DNA of 63,830 bases, the filler included, from Nemertoderma westbladi (Eukaryota; Animalia; Xenacoelomorpha), in NCBI GenBank assembly GCA_032718475.1. It is 3 parts of 3 records of this genome, joined end to end, with 100 filler letters (N's around TTAATTAATTAA, not from the genome) between each part and the next. Parts side by side here need not be neighbours in the genome. Positions count along the whole stretch, not along the records: positions 1 to 28,427 come from JAUCBJ010001253.1; 2 more parts are not named here. One strand, written 5' to 3'. The translations under genes and the position numbers were made by a program. How positions within the stretch are numbered: position 1 is the stretch's first letter; every line of letters begins with the position of its first letter. Under the pieces are notes generated by a model. That model worked only from the letters and a program-made list of their open reading frames with translations, was not told the origin of the DNA and made no database searches. This document shows, one piece after another, positions 1 to 12,167 of this stretch.

Positions 1-866
1 AGTAGAATTTCAGTGTGGCCTTCGAGAAGCTAAGATAATAGCAGTTAATTAGTTAATTAAGTTATTACGGTAAAAACACCATTTTCAACCTGCCTTTTAA
101 AGGAAATTAATTGTTTTACAGTATAAGATTTAAATAATTATAATTAAAAACTATACAGATGTAATCCCCATACGCCATTCTATTATAGTTTTTAATTAGT
201 TCAAGTGATTTGCTTTAATAATTGTGTCTTTAATTGATCTAAAGTAATTAAAACGGCAAAAAATTTATTCTCATTAAATACTGCTCATTTATTGGCCAAC
301 ATGCTGGTACATAGATGGGATGTGTGTGTCATTCCCAGTTGCTGGAATGATTATTGGTCAAGTCTCTGCTGCTGGCTGGGAGTTGTTGCTAAGACTAACC
401 AGAGAGGAATAGTAATAGACAACCAGTATTGCTATTCCAGCCCAGACAGCATTCTTTCAATTCACTATAAATGTTGTATTGCTATCTCAGGTAAATGACA
501 GATATCATAACATAAATACTATCCATGGCATGGCTGTTGTGTAGGCTTCTGAAATAGTTTATTCCACAATGTATATGTCTGGTTATTTTTTAATTGAATT
601 TTTGCAAAGTAGTAAAATTAATGTTCTTAAAAATAATATTATTATTTTATATGTAACCTAGGAAATTAGCTACATTTTTTCGCTGCAGCTTTAAGAGTGT
701 ACATTAATTTAATATTATTTCAATACCCATATTACTACATCGGCATAAGATGCGTTGGCGTTGTATCACACATCTCCACATATCACACATATCCACATAG
801 ATGTATCAACAGTTACTCGCACAGTTTCGAAACTTCGCATAGTTATAACTGTATAAAGATCGTCAG

Positions 867-1144
867 TCTGCGTTTAGGAAAAATATTTTATAACAAAACA
901 GGACAAGCGACGAGCGCAACGAGGCATATAATGAAGACGAGTACTGCGTTGACTAAATTATTATATAAACCACCTGGCTTCACATATTGATCGCATCCCT
1001 AGTTATTATTATTATAAAGAACGTCCTAGCCTGCGTTTAAGAAATATATTTAAATACAAAACAGGACGAACGCAACGAGGCTTATAATGAATACGAGTAC
1101 TGCTTTTATTATATTCCTATAAACCACCTGGCTTTGCATATTGA
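867..1144. repeat. Diverged tandem duplication (~160-bp period), probably part of a non-autonomous element
   Basis: ctgcgttta..aaaacaggac..gcaacgagg..gagtactgc..aaaccacctggctt..catattga occurs at ~867-990 and ~1031-1144. Confidence 0.7.
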
Positions 1145-2039
1145 ACGTGCGATTGGAAATAAGTTCGTGCTACCCTTCCGTGGGTGGTAGATGTCGCGGT
1201 TATGTATTGGTGGTTGGGAAGGGTGGGGGGGGGGGGGGATTAAAAGGGGTGAACACGTACTGTCCCCCTTTCTTTGATTGATTGGTGGTGTGGGTAAATT
1301 TCTCAAAACCTGATTTTGTGATGCAGTCGCTCAATTTTAATTTGTATCTCATAACTGGGCCTCGTGCTGCGCGAAGGCCCCACGAACGTGTTACCCCTTA
1401 TTCAATTGTTTCTAGCACAACAATTTTTTCGCGCACCAACCCTATATTATACAACATCGTCTCAATGGTGATTGGTGGGCATCAGTCGGATTATTGATTG
1501 CAATCACATTACCTGCTGAACCACACCGAACATCTACTTTATAATCATCACATGCAAGGTTCAGTGAAAAACTGTTCTGGATTATTTATTTATTTATGTA
1601 GGAGTAGAAGCAGCTCAAATTCATATAAACCAATATTTAATATTGATTTCTGTGTTGGTGTGCGCCATACACTACAGTTATAATAACTTTTCTGTGTGTG
1701 CATGGATTTTGCTCAAATTACATGCAAACCTTTTCTCATTAGATGCTTTTTCGACACACGTAATAAAATTTACGAAATTCCATCAATTAGTTATTTATTA
1801 CTTGGGAAAAAAGTAAAACCTTTTTTCACTATTCTCGAGGTATTAGCAACCAAGGGAGTTTACGATATGGAAGGCAAAATTTTGTAGCGAAACACTCAAC
1901 TCAGTCAACTGTCATAGATTTCTGCTCCATGGACAAATACGTTGCTCCGAAGTAACAAGATTTTATCCTCTGAGGATTAGCCTCAGTCCTTTCTCAGTTA
2001 AATGGATTATCAATGTAATAAATAATTATATTAAGATAA

Positions 2040-2740
2040 ATAAATAAATATTTTATTCTTAAATTGTTACTTTTTCGCTCGAATATAACCCAAAATCGGG
2101 AGAAAAAGTCTCGCTTTATTCCCGAGGGAAAAAAGTAACCCATAGATAGGATTGCATTGATTTTACTTTTTTCCCGGCGAAAAAAGTAAAATAAAATAGT
2201 TTTTGATGTGGTGAAATACCATCGACGTAGAAAAGGTTTGCACGTAATTTGAGCAAAATCCATCCCCAAAAGTTATTGCAACTTTAGTGTCTGAAAGACG
2301 AACTACAAAACGGAACTAAATATCCAATATTGGTTTATATAGATAAGCGGCGCTCTAGTTATGTAATAAATATTAGAGAACGTTGAATTATTTAACATTG
2401 AGTAAGGCAGTATCGGGAGTTGAAGAGTACAATCATTTGAATCGCAGTAATGGAAGCAATATACTAAAATATGCCTACAACAGTTCAATTTATTTTGTAA
2501 CACTACTTACTGTACTGTTGTAGTATATCGCTCTAAGTTTTATTAATGAATTGAGTAACAAACAAGTACCAATTTAAGAATAAAATCACGTATTACATGG
2601 GGAAAAAGACGTAAAACATTTTTTTTTAAATATTTTCTCGACCCTTTATTATCCTCGCTGGCGCTCGGTAAATAAAATGCCTCGAGAATAATGAATAAAA
2701 GTTTTACTTTTTTCCTATGTTTATGTAATAAATAATTATA
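2040..2740. mobile_element. Dispersed non-autonomous repeat (~700 bp); second copy at ~59775-60470, partial inverted copy at ~1685-1850
   Basis: Long colinear similarity to 59775-60470, e.g. ggattgcattgattttactttt..cccggcgaaaaaagtaaaataa and cctcgctggcgctcggtaaataaaatgcctcgagaataat. Confidence 0.8.
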
Positions 2741-3735
2741 TAGTAATTGGTATTTTTTTTACACTTTGCTTTTCCAATTTCCAATTACTTTTTCCAATGT
2801 ACTTTTTTTTTATCACTAATTTCCAATTACCCCCCTCGCTCTGTGAGCTCTCTTTATTTTATTGCTTAACCATCCTTATACTTTCATTTTTGCTAGTATT
2901 CAAATGTTATTTGCGTTGACTTTCTATTGGAGCGGCTACGGTGGGTACTCCACTGCGGTGCGTCACTAGCGGCTACGGTGGGTAATCACTATGGTGCGCC
3001 ACTTGATGGGTATCATTTCGTTTATAACTACCTATTTCTCATATATTACAGTTTCTCTTATACACTCTCGTGCTGCGCGAAGGCTCCACAACGTATTAAG
3101 TATAATAAATTATTCATTAATATTATTTAACATGTTAGCATTACTTTAAGCAGCGAATATTGGGCAGCGAGTTGTTATATAGCAACTCTATTAGATTACA
3201 ACATTTATATCCCTATAAGATTAACTTTACTTATAGCTGTCTTTCTTCGTCTGTCAAGAAAGAAAGAAAGCACACCAGGTAGCTAAAAGTGTTGCAAGGT
3301 GGTTTTCCTGAATGGTGATTTTATTTCAGATGTTTGCTTTATTTAATTGCTTTCACATTTGGTGTCTTCCAAACTACCTCTTTACTGTCCGGTTTGACCG
3401 TCACTAATATTTTGACGCGCTGACCGATAGCTGAACAGACAGACGACTCCGAAAAATGTGAAAACTGAAATTAAATAACCAACCAGGACTATCCCTGTAT
3501 GATTTGTTTAAGCAAGATGTGTCCTTTCTGTAGGTTCAACAGGCAGTCGGAGAGGCAGCCTTAACTGAATACGAATAAAATATACCCCTAAAAGCCATTT
3601 TCATAAAAATTATGAAATCCTCATTAAATTGTGCTCTAGCTGAACCTGAAATTATAAACCCCCTCCCCTAAAGTGAATATATTTTCTACTTGGATATCTA
3701 CTATCAATTCATAATATAGTTTAAATACAACTGGA

Positions 3736-6186
3736 TTAAATAATAATGTGTGGATTCGGCAGTGGTTTTGTTTCTTTGTCCGGCGTGTGGATATTGTTGA
3801 ATCCTGCGCTGGGGAGTTGATCTATTTGTGGACGATTGGAGGGCAGGTCCGTGTTAGAGCGACCAGGGACCTTTCTGCTGTGGGCGAGGTCGGAAGCCGA
3901 CGTAGTTAGGGTAGATGCGATCGGCTCCGATATTGGGCGAGAATGGGTTTTATTATTCTGTATGACACGCTGGGTGAATTGTGGCGAATTTCCTGGGACG
4001 CTGGAAAATAGTTCGAGGTTAGGTGGACGTGGTAGCGGCCGATGAGATGGGGATGTGTTATCTATTGGTGGGTTTATTGGGAGAGATTGGTGTTGGGTAT
4101 GAGATAGGGATTGATTATTGATTGGTGGGTTTATTGGAAGAGATAGGTGTTGGGTATGAGATGTAGATTGGTTATCTATTGGTGGGTTTATTGGGAGAGA
4201 TTGGTGTTGGGTATGAGATGTAGATTGGTTATCTATTGATGGGTTAATTGGAGGAGATAGGTGTTGGATATGAGATGGAGATTGGTTATTGATTGGTGGG
4301 TTGATTGGAGGAGATAGGTGTTGGATATGAGATGGAAATTGGTTATTGATTGGTGGGTTGATTGGAGGAGATAGGTGTTGGATATGGGATGGGGATTGGT
4401 TATCTATTGGTGGGTTGATTGGAGGAGATAGGTGTTGGATATGAGATGGAAATTGGTTATTGATTGGTGGGTTGATTGGAGGAGATATGTGTTGGATATG
4501 GGATGACAATTGTTCGAATTTTTGAGATGGTTGATGTGGTGGAAGTCGTGCTGGTGGGCGATGGTCCAAATCCACTTGTAGTGGTGCTTTGCGATAGATT
4601 ACTCTGTTCTCTCGTCCTATCTGTAGGTCAGTTTCACCGTTCCCGGTATGCGAACCGTAATCGTAATCGCAGCTTTCACACGATTGGTTACACAACTCGA
4701 TTGCATCTCCGTTAGACTGTGCGGGAGGTCTATCGTAATTGGGTGGTGGTCCTCTGGGTGGGGTGTAAGAATTTGCTCCACTGATTACATCCGGGTTCTC
4801 TGGGTTGACTTGGCGGTTTATATGGCCGTGACATTCGGGGCCACATCGTTGTTCTGGTATATCTCTATTGGCTGCACCAGGTTGTTGATCGTTTCTTTCT
4901 TGCCTCTTTCGCATTATTGAGTTTCGTTTTCTCCATATAGTTACAAATATACCTAACCCTATCAGTAGTAGCAACACGCTGCAGCTTACAACGATTATTT
5001 GCCATAGTGACATCGAAGTCATCTGCGTCACAGATTGTGGTGAAGGAGGGATCCACTCATTAGTTGTTGTTTCCAATACAACTTCAATCGCAATAGATCG
5101 GCTGGTGACCCCAATCACAGGCTTGTTATCATGTCTTCTACAATAAACCTTGTACCAATAGATTGTATTTATTTCCTGTGTCACTTCCAATACTAACTCA
5201 TTCCCTTCATGTATTTCATTTTCTTCGTTATTTGGTGTCTCAGTGAACCATATAACGTCATTAAATGGCCATCCGGGTTGGAATTCAGCTTGTAGTTTTA
5301 ATATGTGTCCCTCTTTAACATTGATAGCAGCTTCAACTTCCAATTCAGTGGTTATCTCAATTATTTTGAGATCTGTAGCGAATTTACTTGTTACCATTGT
5401 AACTGTACACGTAATAGCCTTATCATCTGATTGGGTTTCATCATTATTTTCTAGAACGCCGGTATTTCTAGGTTGACATATGTAAGTGGTTCCATTCGCG
5501 AATAGAGCTGTCTCTGTCTCATTGATCTGGTACTTCAAAATATGTTGCTGTGTCCCTTCACCCTGTGAACCTTCTATCTCTTCGCCGGTGTCAGTTAAAT
5601 ATTCCCCGTTGAAGAACCAACCGTAAGCACCGCCACCCGTTTGGTTCAACAAGTATCTATCCCCATGACACTCTACCCTCGGTGGTTCTGTATCGTCAGA
5701 GTCTGGTATAAATTGCGTAGAACTCGGGTTGTAAGTGTGTTGACTGTCGCAGTTGAAGTGTCCCGTTGGCTCCATATCTCCGTTACAACCGCACGCAACC
5801 CGGCAGTCAGGCAGTACCAGCTCCCCGACTACCTCCGTCGCACCCCAAACACATGTAAACACATTCTCGTCATAACCTTCGTCGTGTTTCCCAATGTCGT
5901 CGACTATAAACTCAGCCGTGTTGTTGTTCTTATCTAATGTTACCTCCCCTCTGTCAAGCTTATCGAACCTTCTATTGGCTTCATTTAATCGCAACAGGGT
6001 TATACCATACTCTTTCAAGCGAATATCTACATCGTTTCCTAATCGAATGCCTTCGAAACTGCAGAGTAATTTAAGTCTGTCTCCCGGAATTAAACAGTCT
6101 CTTTCCGGCCACAGTTTTATCATGCCATACCCACGTCGCTCCACTAGCGACATTAATATTATGATGTAAATCAACTTCAGCATCAT
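3736..6186 (-). CDS. Intronless type I membrane receptor: signal peptide, 2-3 Ig-like domains, TM, long Pro-rich cytoplasmic tail
   Basis: 816-aa ORF with hydrophobic N-terminus; Ig-like motifs (LKLLCSF..D..VFTCVW; YGWFFNG..TYICQ; VIWF..YC); TM IIVVSCSVLLLLIGLGIFVTIW followed by RKR; PPPNY and RPLPRPP motifs in the tail. Confidence 0.8.
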   Translation of the reverse strand: MMLKLIYIIILMSLVERRGYGMIKLWPERDCLIPGDRLKLLCSFEGIRLGNDVDIRLKEYGITLLRLNEANRRFDKLDRGEVTLDKNNNTAEFIVDDIGKHDEGYDENVFTCVWGATEVVGELVLPDCRVACGCNGDMEPTGHFNCDSQHTYNPSSTQFIPDSDDTEPPRVECHGDRYLLNQTGGGAYGWFFNGEYLTDTGEEIEGSQGEGTQQHILKYQINETETALFANGTTYICQPRNTGVLENNDETQSDDKAITCTVTMVTSKFATDLKIIEITTELEVEAAINVKEGHILKLQAEFQPGWPFNDVIWFTETPNNEENEIHEGNELVLEVTQEINTIYWYKVYCRRHDNKPVIGVTSRSIAIEVVLETTTNEWIPPSPQSVTQMTSMSLWQIIVVSCSVLLLLIGLGIFVTIWRKRNSIMRKRQERNDQQPGAANRDIPEQRCGPECHGHINRQVNPENPDVISGANSYTPPRGPPPNYDRPPAQSNGDAIELCNQSCESCDYDYGSHTGNGETDLQIGRENRVIYRKAPLQVDLDHRPPARLPPHQPSQKFEQLSSHIQHISPPINPPINNQFPSHIQHLSPPINPPIDNQSPSHIQHLSPPINPPINNQFPSHIQHLSPPINPPINNQSPSHIQHLSPPINPSIDNQSTSHTQHQSLPINPPIDNQSTSHTQHLSLPINPPINNQSLSHTQHQSLPINPPIDNTSPSHRPLPRPPNLELFSSVPGNSPQFTQRVIQNNKTHSRPISEPIASTLTTSASDLAHSRKVPGRSNTDLPSNRPQIDQLPSAGFNNIHTPDKETKPLPNPHIII
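4045..4505 (-). repeat. Coding 57-bp tandem repeat (19 aa, SHIQHLSPPINPPINNQ[F/S]P), ~8 copies
   Basis: Directly visible in the DNA and in the translation. Confidence 0.9.
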
Positions 6187-6844
6187 TGTTAGTAGAAAAC
6201 AAGGTGTAATTAAAAAAAATCTTTAAAGAATTAATAAAATGAATTTAAAAAATATTGAAGATAATATGATTATTTATATATTTACTATGCCTGTTTATAT
6301 TGCCAACTCCACCCCCACATTCGCCTTTCCCACCGTGTATTTAATTGGAATATTTATTTATATACTATTGTTAAATAGTTAATAATATGTACAGGTAAAT
6401 TCCCACATTCCTATCCATATAAGGTTTCCCATTGTTTAGCGAACTATAAGCCCAAATGGTTTGGTTGCGGTTGACTTTGTGTGCTATTAGACAAAGCCAA
6501 CTAACGAACTATGTCTTGTCTATATTAAGGGCCAAGTCCCTAATAGACTGGAGATTAAATATACCAATTATTTTTTATAACACGGAGTTCATTATCATTA
6601 ATCCATGGGTAGTGTTTTGAATGGATTGTTTTGCAACCGCAAATGCCAAAAATTTCACTGACTATAATATAAACAATAAACATCTGATTTTATTTTGCGA
6701 CAATTTCAACTAATCTTACATAGGTTTTGCAACTAACTAATCGCGAGTGTATAAGTGGAATAACTAAAACCTTATGATTTTACAGGCTATTTTAGTGGGA
6801 TATTAGTTGGTCATATCTGTATCATAAAGTGTTATCAACCGTCG

Positions 6845-7110
6845 AGACGGGGGGGGGGGGGGGGGGGCTGGGCGCAAAACCCGCCTTGGCGAATTAATAT
6901 CCCGCCTCAATGTTAAATTCTCAATTTAGGGAAAGGAGCAGGTTACAGTGGCACGTTATTTTAACCAAAATAATAAACTAAGCAAAATAGAACAGGTTAC
7001 AGTTTTATTTTTGAGAATAATCAGCTGTTATTTGCGTCGAATTTCCCCTGGAGAGGGATGAATTTTCATTGCGTCCAGTCCCCCCCCCCCCCCCCCCCCC
7101 CCCCCTATCT
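6845..7110. mobile_element. MITE-like repeat bounded by poly-G/poly-C tracts; related copy inverted at ~56525-56720 and tandemly amplified at ~61100-61750
   Basis: aatagaacaggttacag..aatcagctgttatttgc is the reverse complement of gcaaataacagctgatt..ctgtaacctgttctatt at ~56576-56625. Confidence 0.65.
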
Positions 7111-7228
7111 GCAACCGTCGCATAATGTCATGCGGCATGAAAAGTTATACATAATACGTTGCGCGTTCTACATACAGTCTGCGGGGTTATATAAATGTAA
7201 ATTTTATCCAATGAAAGTAGTTAAAATA

Positions 7229-8471
7229 TTAATTATACGTTTGTTGCAGTGGACTGTTTATATCCTTCGTATACTTCTGTTGCATCGAATCCACGTGTAA
7301 TTCCGCGCGAATTAGCGGTCCCCCCATCCACTCCAAATGTTCGTAAGGTTGGTTGAGGTCGACGTTCCCACACTCTAGATAGTGGTACCACCACGCCCCT
7401 TGTGATTCTTCCGCACAATTTACACCAGGAATCCCGCTGTTATCGTTGTCCCACGTTGAGAACTCTCTTATGTTACTCCCGGCCATTCCGTCTTCCGGTA
7501 TCGACAAATACCCCATACTCAGTCGGTATTTCGTCGATTCGTCAGCTACTCTGAACGCTTCGTACGTTAAGTTCATATGATTCGTCTTGGTCCAGATGTC
7601 AACCCTCATCCTCGCGGGTCGCAATCCTTGATCCGTCAGTCGATGGATGTTCTCCAACCCGATCCAAAACTCGCCGTCGATACGACCGAAACCGGCGACG
7701 TAGTCGTCCCACCCGCGACGGAAGTCCGTGTTCCCATGGATACGGCGTAGGATAACAGTCCAGACCACGCCGTCGGCGGGCGGTCTCGCAATATACGTAG
7801 GTACCGGACGAGTTTCGTAGTCCGACCGGATCGAGTCCGACCACTCGTATAACTCTGGAGGACGAGGTTGGAAGTAAACCGGAGCAATCCCGAGCGCCCT
7901 GAAACAGGTCATCTACGTCCTCTGGAATCCTTCCGAATCGTATATCCAATGATTCCTTCACCTCAACGGCGTAATCCTTCAACATTTTATCAGCACCCTC
8001 CAATGCTGTTACACTATCATCGAATATAGTATTAATGTGATCCTTCGTTTGTTTCAGATCATCTTTTAGAGCATAACTTTTGTTTATACCTTCTAGCATT
8101 CGTTCTATTTCCTTCGAGTATTCGATAATAGTGCTGTGGTTTTCGAGTACTATAGTCGCCAGATATCCTAGACACCCTAAACATGCAATTATAGTTAGCG
8201 AGAGTAGGATTAGCACGGACCACTGACATCTTTTACGGGTCGATTTCCTTGTGATTTTAGTTAAAGGAACGGCGTCTGACTCGATCCGTTTGAGATTGCG
8301 TTTAAATGTTCGTTGTTTCTTTGCGACTTCCGGTTTCGGTAGACTGTTGGTATAAACGTTCTCTACAGACATGTAGGTTTCTTCATCCAAATCATCATCG
8401 ACACATGTTTCCTTTTCATTGACGTACATTTCATCGGGTTTGGTAAAATCCGTCTTCATTTTCATATCCAT
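7229..8471 (-). CDS. Intronless type II membrane fibrinogen-related-domain (FReD, FIBCD1-like topology) protein with a 1-nt frameshift at ~7778-7780 (pseudogene or sequencing error)
   Basis: ORF 7599..8498 gives a cytoplasmic tail, TM (SVLILLSLTIIACLGCLGYLATIV), coiled coil and ARDC..YVYCET. ORF 7229..7912 continues DGVVWTVILRR..DFRRGWDDYVAGFG..GEFWIGLENIHRLT..FSTWDNDN..GAWWY..C..LN. Removing one C from ACCGCCCGCCGAC joins them. Confidence 0.85.
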
Positions 8472-8865
8472 GGTGATCGGTTTTAGGTTAAAATTCAATT
8501 AGATTGATTACAAACAGCAAATAAAATAAATAACGACTTTATTAATTAACTATTAATGTGAATTGCATGTAATGCAATTAATGATGGCCATAACAGTGAC
8601 CTCCATATATAAAAAAAACTTTGATAAGCGTATTAAAGTCCATCACAAGTCAACTGTACGTATGTGTTATTTATCTGCTATTTTAATTTATAATAATAAT
8701 TACTATTTTGTTAATGATATTTATCAGGTTTAGGGAAGGCCCCAAAGTGAATGTATTTATTTCCGCAGATACATAATTAAGTATACATTTTTTTTATTAT
8801 TTTAAAGAGTTCAATTATTAATATTACTTATTGTTATTTTGTTGTTAAATATTGTTATTTCATAG

Positions 8866-9063
8866 GTTCTCGATTGGTTATCAGAACACCAGAACTCTTT
8901 CCTGGCTCAGCACACAGACATTGGTTCGTCGAGCAGTGAGGCTATGGAGTTGCTACGGCAACACGAACACCTGCTGGCTGAGTGCATAGCAACGGACGGC
9001 GAAGTTGAACGATTAAAGGAGATGTCGTCGCAGTTGACTGAGTTCGATCCCCAGCACCAACAG
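8866..9063 (+). CDS. TRIO: Trio/Kalirin-like RhoGEF, internal spectrin-repeat exon A
   Basis: AG|..|GTAGG boundaries; 66 codons VLDWLSEHQNSFLAQHTDIGSSSSEAMELLRQH.., matching the Trio motif FDWI..FL..YTEIG.S...AMELQ.QH. Confidence 0.85.
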
Positions 9064-10223
9064 GTAGGATGACGTCACGGCACCAACAGGGATTACGTCA
9101 TGGTATAACAGCACCAACAGGTAGGATGACGTCACGGTCTAACAGCATCAACAGGTAGGATGACGTCACGGCACCAACAGGGATTACGTCATGGTATAAC
9201 AGCACCAACAGGTAGGATGACGTCACGGTCTAACAGCATCAACAGGTAGGATGACGTCACGGCACCGACTAACAGGTAGTATTACTTGACGGTATAGCAG
9301 CACTAACAGGTAGGATGACGTCACTGCACCAACTTAGAGGTAGTATTACGTCACGGTCTAACAGCACCAACAGGTAGAATGACGTCACTGCACCAACTAA
9401 GAGGTAGTATTACGTCACGGTCTAACAGCACCAACAGGTAGGATGACGTCACAGCTTAATAGCACCAACAGGTAGGACGACGTCACAGCACCAACAGGTA
9501 GGATGACGTCATTGGCTAACAGCATCAACAGGAAGGATGACGTCACAGTTGAATAGCACCAGCAGGTAGGATGAAGTCACAGCCTAATAGCACCAGCAAG
9601 TAGGATGACGTCATAGCACCAACAGGTACGATTACGTCACCGTATAACAGCACCAACAGGTAGGATGACGTCATTGCCTAACAGCACCAACAGGTAGGAT
9701 GACGTCACAGCTTAATAGCACCAGCAGGTAGGATGACGTCATAGCACCAACAGGTACGATTAACGTCAACGTATAACAGCACCAACAGGTAGGACGACGT
9801 CACAGCACCAACAGGTAGGATGACGTCATTGCCTAACAGCACCAACAGGTAGGATGACGTCATAGCACCAACAGGTACGATTAACGTCAACGTATAACAG
9901 CACCAACAGGTAGGACGACGTCACAGCACCAACAGGTAGGATGACGTCATTGGCTAACAGCATCAACAGGAAGGATGGCGTCACAGCTTAATAGCACCAG
10001 CAGGTAGGATGACGTCACAGCTTAATAGCACCAGCAGGTAGGATAACGACATGCCCTAACAGCACCAACAGGTAGGATGACGTCACAGCTTAATAGCACC
10101 AGCAGGTAGGATGACGTCATAGCACCAACAGCGTATCGTATAACAACACCAACAGGTAGGTTGACGTCATTGCCTAAAAGCACCAACAGGTAGGATGACG
10201 TCACAGCTTATAGCACCAGCAGG
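9052..10223 (+). repeat. Complex minisatellite, core cagcaccaacaggtaggatgacgtca with 0-10-bp linkers (left part)
   Basis: Directly visible; the first unit overlaps the exon A end and its splice donor. Confidence 0.95.
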
Positions 10224-12125
10224 GTCAAAAGGAAAGTAATGGACGCAGCACTATTATCGTCAATTTTATATGGCTCCGAAACATGGCTGACAGAACAACT
10301 ACAGTGTGTAGAATCAATGTATGTAGACGTTATATAGTCCTGCCTTGGGGTCCGTAAATCGTGTTCTAATGACCTATGTCTAGTTTAATTAGGAATTCCC
10401 TCCGTAAAAGCTCTAATTAAGTCCAGGCAGAGGCTTTTCATTTCGTCTGTCTCTAAGACTGGAGATAAGCATGGACCACTACTGTTTGCTCTAAACTTGG
10501 CTAGATCGGTACGTAGCCCCATGGCGCTGTACTTAGATAAACTGTTGGCCATGGAATCTGACCCTATCAAAGCGGACATTTCAGAACGCATAAACAGACT
10601 TTCGAGAGACACGAGCTCTCCAAAAACTGAAATATATAGAAAAATAAATCCAGAACTAAAAGTAAATACGAAAATATATAATGAAAAAGTAAGTAATAAC
10701 GAAGTCCACCGTCTCTCGTGGACACGGAGCCGTTTATCGGCCCACAAACTACGAATAGAGACCGGGAGGTGGTCACGTATTCCACGTGAGCGACGCATAT
10801 GCCATTGTGGCAGCAATGCTGTACAAACTGAGGAGCACGCCCTTCTGCACTGCGCGCTAACAGACAGTATACGCGCAAATAACAAATATACGGACGGACC
10901 TACCGTTTTCGTCAATTACTGATTTATTTAAATCGGGTGATGTTCAATCACTTTTGTATTTTGTTCACGATTGCTTAATAGCTTCGGAGTAAAATTCAAT
11001 GATGATTTAGAACCCTAGTCCTACAATATATCCCTCACACGTTGATTGTCTGAATAGTCCGTTGTATGTAGTATGTCAGTTATTTATTGTAATTTGATTG
11101 GATTATGTATGTCCCAAGGTAATGTTGTCTTATGTCAGTTTTCTATTGTACAGTTGTACCTTGACCGAATTGTGCTCGCCTGAACGTTTGTCAGTTATTT
11201 ATTTATTTTCTCATGTGACGGGATCCAGGAGGGATCCCGATTTATCCGGTGTGGTAATTTAGTCCACGCGTCCCCGCCGTGTATAAGGATGAAATAAAGT
11301 AACTGAGTTCTGAAGTTCGGTGTATAATAACAATAGGGCATAGGATATAGATATAGATATAATGTGTACAAGGCGGGATACGGTAACTAAAGTCCCGTGA
11401 TCCCCTAACTAAACTAATTGACTACCAACCTACGCTAGCACTGCTGCACTGAGATAACTGAATCACTGATTAATAGGTTATTGGTTATATTGCACGGTGG
11501 CCTTATTGCTACTCAATCGATGCCTTGCCCCCCTCTGATTGGTTGTTACCCTTGTTGGCGCCCCGTGGAGTGTTCCCGTTCACTCCACCTGTTCTCCCTG
11601 GGTTAGGGGGTTTGGCCCCTGACCCTCTATTGTGTGCTTCCTTCCCACTCTTATTGGGATGGCACGAGTTGGTTAATTGCCCAATCTCGTGGCTCCCAAT
11701 ATTGCTTATCGGCTTATAACTTTATGGGGTGTTGGCGGGATTGAATAAGCTAACATCTCACCTTTACGTAAATATCATACTTACTTTATCCAATCTATGT
11801 ATGTCAATTATTGTGTTATTTAAATACTCGACATTGTCTGAGTTGTACTCACCTGCATGTCAATCATATTTTATTATTTATTTATTGTCTGAATTGTGCT
11901 CACCGATTAATAGTATATTACTAGTATATTAGTATTTTGTTCTTTGTATTATGTTCTTGGTTCCCGTTTATTTATTTCCGTTATTTGTACCGTCAATTGT
12001 ATCGATTGGACTAATCTATTTTGCCTGTAATATTCTGTCTTATTGTCTGTTTGTTGTAAATTGTTCATATTATTACTGTATGCTGTGCAATCACCCGGGA
12101 TTAGTCAATAAAATAACTAACTAAC

Positions 12126-12165
<40 letters not shown>
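10224..12165 (+). mobile_element. 5'-truncated non-LTR retrotransposon (CR1/L2/Crack-like 3' end, possibly composite) with (CTAA)n tail
   Basis: YGSETW-like segment at ~10268; ORF 10497..10922 has the LINE C-terminal motif RLSAHKLRIETGRW..RERRICHC..VQTEEHALLHC; AATAAA followed by (CTAA)n to 12165; splits one minisatellite unit (cagcagg|taggatgacg). Confidence 0.8.
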
Positions 12166-12167
<2 letters not shown>

